This document shows positions 17,993 through 25,901 of a stretch of DNA of 64,000 nt, in pieces; within the stretch, counting starts at the first letter, position 1, and each line of letters begins with the position of its first letter. A program made the translations under genes and the position numbers. The DNA comes from a virus. The stretch spans positions 1-64,000 of the IMG/VR virus record IMGVR_UViG_3300036790_000396. One strand, 5' to 3'. The notes under the pieces are model-generated. The model was not told the origin of the DNA. It searched no databases and worked only from the letters and a program-made list of their open reading frames with translations.

Positions 17993-18661
17993 GTGCCCCG
18001 GGCCGGCCTGAACTGCTCGCTCTCGTACCCGGACTCAGCGGGGAACACGCGCACGTACTCCGTGCGCACGGGAACGATCGCGCACGGCATCCAGATGGTG
18101 TTCGAGGAGTCCGAGGCGCGCACCGCCCGGGCGTTCTATCCCCACCGCGCCGCGATGGAGCAGTTCCAGCTCACCGTGCTGCTGAAGGACTGGAACGAGC
18201 GCAATGACTTCGTGAACTGGATGTCCACCTACGCCAACTACGCGATCGACCCCGACATCGTGCAGACGACGTTCCCGTGGATGACTGTCTCAGTCCCCAG
18301 CCGCGGGTTCAGCCAGGTCGGGATCCCTCTCACCGGCTACGAGTGGGGCGCCCATACCGGGATGATGATGTTCGAGCCGGTGATCGTCTTCGAGTCCGCG
18401 CAGTCGCCTGGCTCCTCGGGGCAGCCCCAGGTCTCTTCCGTCATCAACCAGTGGTCGGCGTTCTCCAGCGACCCGGCGATTCAGTACTTCTACCCGTTCG
18501 GGACGCAGCTGTCGGGCAGCCAGGCCCCGCCGAACGTGACGTACTACAACGGCAGCCCGGCTGCCTACAACACTGCGAACCCGGGGCCCGGCACCGTCAT
18601 CAGTACGGGACCAGGGTCGGCTACCGTCGTCGGAGGCGGCGGCCGGCGCATTGTCTCGTAG
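17993..18661 (+). CDS. Tail/baseplate protein
   Basis: High-GC3 ORF in the baseplate operon. Confidence 0.7.
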   Translation: MPRAGLNCSLSYPDSAGNTRTYSVRTGTIAHGIQMVFEESEARTARAFYPHRAAMEQFQLTVLLKDWNERNDFVNWMSTYANYAIDPDIVQTTFPWMTVSVPSRGFSQVGIPLTGYEWGAHTGMMMFEPVIVFESAQSPGSSGQPQVSSVINQWSAFSSDPAIQYFYPFGTQLSGSQAPPNVTYYNGSPAAYNTANPGPGTVISTGPGSATVVGGGGRRIVS

Positions 18662-18691
18662 CAGGAAGGGAGATGTCCTATTTCCGTATTT

Positions 18692-21193
18692 ATGTACGCT
18701 CCTGGATTGAAAGTTTACATAAGCACTGCCAGCAACGGAATTATAGACATAAGCGATGATGTCACCCAGGGCACCCTCGTGCGCCGCAGCAGCGGCGTGT
18801 CCACGTTCCAGTTCATGCTGCAGAACGCGCGCCGGAAGTACGACGGCGTCTTCACGCCGAACGACCGCATTATCGTCATGATGAAGCGGCTGGCATGGAT
18901 GCGCGTCTTCACCGGCTACCTCAATTCCGTGCCCCTCGTCACCGCATGGCCCACCGCCGTCCAGATCACGGCCTCCTGCAGCCTCAAGCGCCTGCAGTAC
19001 TGGTACTGGGATCCGGGCCTGGCAGCCTCGCAGGCGATGATAGGGCAGGCCATCGGCGCCGCCAAGGGCGCCGATGACGGCGGCACCTCCGCCGCGGCCA
19101 TGGCGATCCTCAACAACGTGGTGGGCTGGCCCTCCTCCAAGGTCCACATCGCGGGAATCCCCCAGGAGTGGATGACCTGGGCGTACAAGATCGCCAAGAA
19201 CGTCAACGCCCAGCTGGAGCAGGCTGACCAGCTCGCCCAGCAGTTCTACGCCCAGCTCGGCGCCAACGGCATTGTCGGCGGCGTCCTGCAGGGAGGCGCC
19301 GTCGCGTCCAACGCCCTGAAGGGCGGCACTTACGGAACCAGCCCGGCCGCCACCATCACCTCCGCGCAGGCCGCCGTCGCCGTGACGGTGTTCAACGCCG
19401 GCGTCTCCCTCGGCGCGGAAGCCCGCGACCAGGTCGTCGCCATCGCCGTCTGCTACCAGGAATCCCGGCTCGGGGCCAATGAGGGCACCCCGGGCGGCAC
19501 CGGCGGATCGGTCGGCATCTTCCAGCAGACGCCGGACAACGGATGGGGAACCGCCGCGCAGCTCGCGAACAACACCTATGCCGCCGCGCAGTTCTACAAG
19601 GCGCTGCTGAAGATCAGCAGCCGCGACTCGATGACGGTCGGCGCCGAGGGGCAGGCCGTCCAGAGGTCCGGCGTAGGCGCCGCTGCCTACCAGCAGTGGT
19701 CGTCCATGGCCACGTCCATCGTCAACGTGCTCTCGGGGGGGCAGGGAAGCGGCAGCGGGGCGGTCACGGCCCCGGCCGTGCAGGGAGCCTCCTCGACGAA
19801 GACCGGCAAGGCGGAAGGAGCCGCGCTCCTGCAGACCGCCGTCAGCTTCGTCGAGGAGCACCCGCACATTCCCTACCAGTACGGCGGCGACAGCGCCCCG
19901 CAGACTCCCGCCGCGCAGGTCACCTGCTTCGACTGCTCGTCCTTCGTGCAGTGGGTGTACTACCACACCCTCGGCTCCCTGGGCCAGTGCCCGCGCACCA
20001 GCGAGGACCAGTCATCCTGGTGCAAGTCGTCCGGCACGATCGTCACCGCCGCGCAGGGGATGAACATCCAGGGCGCGCTGATGTTCAAGGGCTCCCCGGG
20101 GCAGGCCACGCACGTCGAGATCAGCCTCGGCGACGGGCAGCACACGGTGGGATTCCACTACACGGGGACGGACGGCAGCGTCGTCGCCTCGGACGCGAGC
20201 TACTGGACGTGCGGCGGCCTGGCACCGTCCGTCGACTACTCCGGCGCCACGGGGTACTCCCCCTCGGCAACGTCCTCCACCTCCGGGTTCCAGATCGTGA
20301 ACGCCTCCCAGGAGCCGTGGTACAACCCGTCGGACCGGTTCGACTCGCTGTTCGGGGGAACCCCCTGGGTGGCGTCCTACAGCGAGGCCAGCGACTACAT
20401 CGGCACCTACCTGTCGGGACCGCGGGCCCTGCTGGCCGACCAGCCGCTGCTGCCGTACCTGAAGAACCTGATGTCGAGCTGCATGCGCATGTTCTCCTCC
20501 GCGCCGAACGGGGATTTCATCGCCTGGTTTCCCGACTACTACGGGATCTGGGGCACTGCCGCGATCATGCAGGTCGAGCCGATCGAGCTGCAGGACTTCT
20601 CCGTCTGGTGGGATGACACGCAGCTCGTCACCCACCAGTTCACGGTGGCACCGTACACGCAGGAGCAGCTTGACCTCACGACGGGCCAGGTCGCGTCCTC
20701 GTCGGACTCCCAGGTGACGGAGTGGCTGCTGATGACCACGTCCGGTGTGGCCACCATCGACATCCCGGCGATCATGTACGCGCTGTTCGGGCTGGAGGCG
20801 ACGACCGCCCAGGCGCAGAAGTTCATCGCGTGGGTCTACCAGCGGTTCGGGGCGCGGCCGAACTTCCAGCAGATGCCCGGCGTCATCGGCCCGCAGGGCG
20901 AGTTCTTCAGCGCCCTGTTCCTGTTCATGCAGTCGTGGGCCTACCAGTACGGCGCGGACATCCCGATCACCTTCATGCCGGAGCTGTGGCCGGGGATGCT
21001 GATCCAGATTCCGTCATTCGGCTTCCAGGCGTACGTTACGACCGTTACGCACCAATTTCAGATGGGACCGGGGGGCGGATTCACGACCGTGGTCAACATC
21101 GCCGCGCCCGCGCGCCTTCCCGGCAATGACGCCAATAGCGGGTCAAATCTCATCGGAATGCCCATAGCCGGAGGATTGGTGACACCATCCTGA
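18692..21193 (+). CDS. Baseplate hub protein with lysozyme-like and NlpC/P60 peptidoglycan-hydrolase domains
   Basis: QESRLG...SVGIFQQTPDNGWGT (transglycosylase-like); YQYGG...FDCSSFVQWVY...HVEISLGDG (NlpC/P60); hub-like C-terminus FMPELWPGMLI..YVTTVTH. Confidence 0.85.
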   Translation: MYAPGLKVYISTASNGIIDISDDVTQGTLVRRSSGVSTFQFMLQNARRKYDGVFTPNDRIIVMMKRLAWMRVFTGYLNSVPLVTAWPTAVQITASCSLKRLQYWYWDPGLAASQAMIGQAIGAAKGADDGGTSAAAMAILNNVVGWPSSKVHIAGIPQEWMTWAYKIAKNVNAQLEQADQLAQQFYAQLGANGIVGGVLQGGAVASNALKGGTYGTSPAATITSAQAAVAVTVFNAGVSLGAEARDQVVAIAVCYQESRLGANEGTPGGTGGSVGIFQQTPDNGWGTAAQLANNTYAAAQFYKALLKISSRDSMTVGAEGQAVQRSGVGAAAYQQWSSMATSIVNVLSGGQGSGSGAVTAPAVQGASSTKTGKAEGAALLQTAVSFVEEHPHIPYQYGGDSAPQTPAAQVTCFDCSSFVQWVYYHTLGSLGQCPRTSEDQSSWCKSSGTIVTAAQGMNIQGALMFKGSPGQATHVEISLGDGQHTVGFHYTGTDGSVVASDASYWTCGGLAPSVDYSGATGYSPSATSSTSGFQIVNASQEPWYNPSDRFDSLFGGTPWVASYSEASDYIGTYLSGPRALLADQPLLPYLKNLMSSCMRMFSSAPNGDFIAWFPDYYGIWGTAAIMQVEPIELQDFSVWWDDTQLVTHQFTVAPYTQEQLDLTTGQVASSSDSQVTEWLLMTTSGVATIDIPAIMYALFGLEATTAQAQKFIAWVYQRFGARPNFQQMPGVIGPQGEFFSALFLFMQSWAYQYGADIPITFMPELWPGMLIQIPSFGFQAYVTTVTHQFQMGPGGGFTTVVNIAAPARLPGNDANSGSNLIGMPIAGGLVTPS

Positions 21194-21335
21194 GTTGACT
21201 TTCCCCTGATATTCCCTAAGATTATTGATGACTCCGGGCCAGGTTCTGAGGGGGACTGAACCGGATGAGGAAGGCCCCGGCGCGTGCGCTCGCCTGCCGC
21301 GCCGGGGCCGGGCTATTTCCGCCCCCGGAAGGCTT

Positions 21336-21884
21336 GTGAGCCTTGCTGCGTCCTCGGCGTCCCCGAATACCGTCTCCACCGGTTTCACGACGCGCCGCAT
21401 CGTCGTCTCCTCAGTGTCCGCAGACGGCGCTACCGCCGTCTGCCTGGACGGCGGCGGCACTGAAGTGCGCGTCTCCCTGCTCTGGCAGCGGGCGAAGGGC
21501 GTCCTCCCGCAGCCCGGCGAGCAGTGGATCATCGCCCAGGACATGACTGCCTCCTGGTCGTTTGCGACGTTCATCGGAACCTCTGCCGCCCAGTTCCCTG
21601 CCGTTCCCGGCAGCTGGACGGCACTGGCCTTCAGCGGGGCCGGGACGTTCACGGGCACGTCGCGCTGCCGGCAGCAGGAGGACGGGATCCTGGTCCAGGT
21701 ATCAGGCGAGTTCTCAGCCGCGGGCAGTCCCTCGGCCTCGCTCGGCTCGGACGTCGCCGTCGCCTTTCCCTGGGCGGTGTCGGGCGCCGGGCACGCGTCA
21801 GTGACCACGTCGGGCACCGTGACGATCGCCGGCGTCACGGCATCAGCCGCTCTCGGGTTCTGCCAGCTCATCCCCCTCACCTAG
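21336..21884 (+). CDS. Baseplate spike-like protein (putative)
   Basis: GTG at 21336 after CCCCGGAAG; OB-fold-like N-terminus with LPQPGEQWII; follows the hub. Confidence 0.6.
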   Translation: MSLAASSASPNTVSTGFTTRRIVVSSVSADGATAVCLDGGGTEVRVSLLWQRAKGVLPQPGEQWIIAQDMTASWSFATFIGTSAAQFPAVPGSWTALAFSGAGTFTGTSRCRQQEDGILVQVSGEFSAAGSPSASLGSDVAVAFPWAVSGAGHASVTTSGTVTIAGVTASAALGFCQLIPLT

Positions 21885-21892
21885 GAGAGACC

Positions 21893-22351
21893 ATGCGCGA
21901 CCTCGCGTGCCAGGGCGGCGACCTGGCCCTGTCCGGCAGCCAGCTCGCCACCGTTACCGGCGAGTCCTACATCAGGCAGCGGCTGGCCACTGCTCTCGCA
22001 GAACCATTCGATTCCGACCCGTATGAGACAGGATGGGGAAGTTATCTTGATTCGTGGCTTGGCTCCCCTCTTACGTCCTCCACGCCCGCGCTGGTCGCCT
22101 CCGAGGCGTCCCGCGTGATCAGCATCCTGATCGCGGCCCAGCGGCTGATGATCACCACATGGTCCCTCACGGGCTCCAAGGCCCAGCTCGCTGCCGCCGA
22201 CACGATTGCCGCAGTCCTGTCAGTCAGCGCGCAGCCCAGCGCCGCCGACCCGTCGGCCATGGCCGTGTCCGCTCAGCTCGTCACGCAGGCCGGCGCGCAG
22301 CTGACGGTCATCCGCACGGTGGCCTCGCAGCTCGGCCTGAACCTGTCGTAG
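21893..22351 (+). CDS. Baseplate wedge protein, gp25/gpW-like
   Basis: MRDLACQGGDL..VTG..IRQRL..AL.EP..SDPY..GWGSYL pattern. Confidence 0.8.
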   Translation: MRDLACQGGDLALSGSQLATVTGESYIRQRLATALAEPFDSDPYETGWGSYLDSWLGSPLTSSTPALVASEASRVISILIAAQRLMITTWSLTGSKAQLAAADTIAAVLSVSAQPSAADPSAMAVSAQLVTQAGAQLTVIRTVASQLGLNLS

Positions 22352-22359
22352 AATGCGGC

Positions 22360-22434
22360 TGCGGAGTGGAGGAGCTAGGTTACCTCGTCGGACTCATAAT
22401 CCGAAGATCGCGTGTTCGAATCACGTCTCCGCAA
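22360..22434 (+). tRNA. tRNA-Met(CAT), initiator-like; CCA not encoded
   Basis: Acceptor TGCGGAG/CTCCGCA, D-stem GAGG/CCTC, anticodon stem TCGGA-CTCATAA-TCCGA, T-loop TTCGAAT; TAGAAT -10 box at 22349. Confidence 0.93.
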
Positions 22435-22617
22435 CGTGCGGTAGAGGGGCCCCTGTAGCCGTCGCGGCATGAGGCGCAAGCCGAAGTCTTGAAACCGGGG
22501 TACAGCGCTGAGCGAGTGCAGCGCGCTATCAAGAAAGCGCTGGTCCCTGCGGGGGCGGCTGCCAGGAGGATGAGCAGCCTGAAATAATGCGTCCTCCTCC
22601 CCCTCTTTCCCTGCGCG
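22435..22617 (+). ncRNA. Unidentified structured RNA candidate downstream of the tRNA
   Basis: Nested long-range stems and a possible TCTTGA/TCAAGA pseudoknot; no credible ORF. Confidence 0.5.
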
Positions 22618-22655
22618 CCCCGGAAGCATGAGAGATTCTTCCGGGAGGGACCTGC

Positions 22656-24488
22656 GTGACGACCACTGCGGACGTGAGCAGCCAGATCATCCAGCTGCTG
22701 CAGGTGACGATCCCCGATCTGGACACTTCGGTCGGAAGCGTATCGCGGAAGATCATTGACGCAGTTTCCAGCCAGATAGCGGACGCGTCCATCGATACGC
22801 AGCTACTGACATACTCCTACGACATCTACTCGATGACCGGGGCAAACCTGGATTCTTTCGTCCAGCTGTTCGGCATGACCCGGATCCCCGCAGCCAGGGC
22901 GACGGGCACCGTCACATTCACGCGCACGTCCTCCACGGATACCGTGACCATCCCCGTCGGGACCCAGGTCGCCACCTCCGATTCCTCGGTCATCGTGCAG
23001 ACTCTCACCACGGCGATCCTGCCGCCGGGATCAGCCTCGGCCGCCGTTCCCGTCCAGGCTGTCACCGCGGGACCGGACGGAAACGTATCGGCAGGCTCGC
23101 TGACCGTGATCCTCACGCCCGTCGCGGAAATCACCGCAGCGACGAACCTGGGCGCGCTGACCGGCGGCACCAACCAGGAGACGGATTCCCAGCTGCAGGC
23201 CCGCTGGGTCGCGACGGTCTTCCGCAACATGGCGGGCACCAGCGCCATGTTCGAGGGCATCGCCCTGAACAACCCCGCCGTCACCGCCGCCAACGTGGTC
23301 GGCGCCTCCTCGCAGTGGACCGAGCAGCTGCAGGTCGTGAGCGGCGCTGCCACCTCCACCATCACCGACGCCCAGTACGTCTACCCGGCCGGCGAGACCG
23401 CGGGCAATGACATCGAGGGCGGCGACGTTGCCGTCCCCGGACTGCAGTACACGTGGAACTACGCATCCATCCCGCCGTCCATCACGGTGATCGACTCCAG
23501 CTACTTCCCCTCCGGCGATATCTTCACCCTGCAGTACCAGTACATCGACGCGTGGTCCCGTAACAGCGCGGCGAACGGGATATTCAACCGGGTTGACGTG
23601 TGGTGCGCCGGCCAGGTGGCGACCGCAGCCTCGCAGACGGTGGCGTGGCTCGGCCCCGCAGCGTTTTCCGCGACCTCGACGAACGCTTACTACAATGAGG
23701 ACTTCGTGCGCCCGGACGGCTCTAGCCCTGCCGTGGGGAACTACTTCATCCCGCTGTCGTTCGTGCCGGTCCTCACCATGGACCCCGTCCTGACTATCGG
23801 AGCCCAGCAGTACGGGCTTGCCACTGCTGCCCACCCCCTGGGGACTTCCTCGGGAGACGTCGACTACGCATACCAGATCGTGCACCGCAATGACGCGAGC
23901 GGCTGGGGCCCGTACTCCGAGGCGGGCCTTGAGTGGGAGGCGTCGATGGGACTGGCCTCCGGCACGGCGATACCGGCGGGCTCGTCGGGCGACTACACCT
24001 ACAACGCGGTGCCCCTTCAGGTGCAGCAGGCGATCGACAACTGGCGCCTGGCGAGCATCGACGTGATCGCGCACCAGGCGATCGAGACCTACCTGCGCTT
24101 CTCCCTGGCGGTCATCTTCGACCCGTCGGTCACCTCGTCGGTCACGGTGACCGCCGTCCAGCAGGCTCTTTCCTCGTGGCTGAGCCAGCTCGGGTTCGGC
24201 GCTACCGTCTACCCCTCCAGCGTCATCCAGCAGGTGGAGAACGTGGCGGGAGTCACTGCTGCCCGGTTCCTGACCGGCTCTGACTGGAGCGGCTGGAACT
24301 CCTCGGATCCTGACAGCTTCGACGTGGGCATCCAGCAGACGGCCTCGGACGGCACGACGGTGCTCTCCTCCTACGTGGACACCAACGGCGCCCCGGTGGA
24401 CATCATCCTCGGGGCTGCCCAGATACCGGCGTTCGGGTCCCTGTACTACATCGCCAAAGCCGGGAACTCCTTCGGGTCCTTTGCCTGA
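22656..24488 (+). CDS. Baseplate J-like protein
   Basis: GANLDSFVQLFGMTRIPAARATGTVTF..VTIPVGTQV..AGPDGNV..GGTNQETDSQLQAR. Confidence 0.92.
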   Translation: MTTTADVSSQIIQLLQVTIPDLDTSVGSVSRKIIDAVSSQIADASIDTQLLTYSYDIYSMTGANLDSFVQLFGMTRIPAARATGTVTFTRTSSTDTVTIPVGTQVATSDSSVIVQTLTTAILPPGSASAAVPVQAVTAGPDGNVSAGSLTVILTPVAEITAATNLGALTGGTNQETDSQLQARWVATVFRNMAGTSAMFEGIALNNPAVTAANVVGASSQWTEQLQVVSGAATSTITDAQYVYPAGETAGNDIEGGDVAVPGLQYTWNYASIPPSITVIDSSYFPSGDIFTLQYQYIDAWSRNSAANGIFNRVDVWCAGQVATAASQTVAWLGPAAFSATSTNAYYNEDFVRPDGSSPAVGNYFIPLSFVPVLTMDPVLTIGAQQYGLATAAHPLGTSSGDVDYAYQIVHRNDASGWGPYSEAGLEWEASMGLASGTAIPAGSSGDYTYNAVPLQVQQAIDNWRLASIDVIAHQAIETYLRFSLAVIFDPSVTSSVTVTAVQQALSSWLSQLGFGATVYPSSVIQQVENVAGVTAARFLTGSDWSGWNSSDPDSFDVGIQQTASDGTTVLSSYVDTNGAPVDIILGAAQIPAFGSLYYIAKAGNSFGSFA

Positions 24489-24515
24489 TGTCCTCGGAAG
24501 AACAGAGGAGGTGCC

Positions 24516-25898
24516 ATGCCGTCCGTCGTCAGCGACCCGTCCCTGCAGCCGGGGATCGTCAACCAGAACTCCAGCCTGGGGGATTATCCTGATAGTCCCG
24601 TTCAGTCCCTCATGGCGCTGCAGGGGAACCCGGCCCAGCCGCTTGCCGACCGCACCGCCACCGCCACCGGGCTGCTGTTCCCGGACCTGCTCCTGCAGCA
24701 GCGGCTCGCGAACTTCCCCGGGGAAGTGTGGGACCTCACTCCCTCGTCCTACCTGTGGCGCTTCATGTTCGCGCTCATGGGGCCGGCCGGGGCCGGGCAG
24801 CTCCGCAGCCGCCAGCAGTTTGCCCGGCTGGCCACCGCCGTGGCGGGAACTCACTTCTATGACCTCGACGCGTTCTACGGCGCGATCTTCGGCGCCACCC
24901 GCAACGATGCCGCGGCGCTTCCGGTCAACCCTGCCACCGGGACCACGTTCAACCCCTATACCGACGTGGCCACGCAGGACGGCTGGGACGAGATCGGCTC
25001 CCTGGACGCCGTCTACCGCGAGCGCGTCATCCAGCTCGCCCGCGCCATCACGCTGGGCGGCACGGTACCCGGCATGCAGGCCCTTGCCGAGGCGGTCCTG
25101 TCCTGCACCTGCGAGGTGTACGAGACGTGGAAGCTCATCGACTGGCAGGGACCGGAGGGATCCGACGGCAACACCTGGGCCACCATCGAGGCCGACTACG
25201 CCGCCTGGTCAGCATTCGGCACGCTCGTGTGGAGCGATCTCGGCGGCGGCGTGAACTACGGCGGCATGGGCATCAGCGCCCGCTCCGAGATCATCATCAT
25301 GCCGCAGAAAACCTACTCCGGGTCGATCGCCGACCAGCAGCAGGCCGCCTCCGACGCCCAGGCGGTCATGGCCGTCGCCCGCACGCTGGCCCCTTCCTCC
25401 GCCATCGTCTCCGTCAACACCACCGGCTCCCTCGCTGACCAGGAGGTGGGCATCGCCGCGGTCACCTCCGACAGCGACTACTGGGAAGTCATCGCCAAGG
25501 TGCAGGTTCCCTCTGCCGCCGACCCGCTCTACCAGAACTACATCAACGCCTACGACCGCGGCGGCCAGCGCGCTGACCTGGCGACATCCCTGCAGGCCGG
25601 CACTGCGGCATTCACCCAGTCACAGGGCACGCAGTACAGCTACACCGCGTCTGCGTCAGCCGTCTTCTCCTCCAGCTGGGAGCCGAAGACGAGTCCCGTT
25701 GCCGTCCTCGAAGCGCCCAAGACCAACAGCAACGACTACCAGACTGTCGTCTTTCCCGGCGGCAAGCCCGTATCCTGGGTGCCGGCCTGGGGGATCGCCG
25801 ACCCGGCGGTCGCGACCGCGGGCCGGGTGTCCTCTCCCGTCTCGGCCGCCGCCGCTCCCTACTCGGGCCCCCGCGCCCCCGTCACGACGGCAGGATAG
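24516..25898 (+). CDS. Baseplate wedge / tail protein (gpI-like)
   Basis: Follows baseplate J; DAVYRERVIQLARAITLGGT motif. Confidence 0.7.
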   Translation: MPSVVSDPSLQPGIVNQNSSLGDYPDSPVQSLMALQGNPAQPLADRTATATGLLFPDLLLQQRLANFPGEVWDLTPSSYLWRFMFALMGPAGAGQLRSRQQFARLATAVAGTHFYDLDAFYGAIFGATRNDAAALPVNPATGTTFNPYTDVATQDGWDEIGSLDAVYRERVIQLARAITLGGTVPGMQALAEAVLSCTCEVYETWKLIDWQGPEGSDGNTWATIEADYAAWSAFGTLVWSDLGGGVNYGGMGISARSEIIIMPQKTYSGSIADQQQAASDAQAVMAVARTLAPSSAIVSVNTTGSLADQEVGIAAVTSDSDYWEVIAKVQVPSAADPLYQNYINAYDRGGQRADLATSLQAGTAAFTQSQGTQYSYTASASAVFSSSWEPKTSPVAVLEAPKTNSNDYQTVVFPGGKPVSWVPAWGIADPAVATAGRVSSPVSAAAAPYSGPRAPVTTAG

Positions 25899-25901
25899 AC
25901 A

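Noticed and set aside
22435-22500. Hammerhead or HDV-like (theta) ribozyme call
   Set aside because: CATGA-stem-GAAG only partly matches the hammerhead core and I could not build a canonical HDV fold by eye; left unassigned.
7161-25898. Extracellular contractile injection system or tailocin
   Set aside because: Terminase, DnaE, primase, origin and tRNA are linked, indicating a phage genome.
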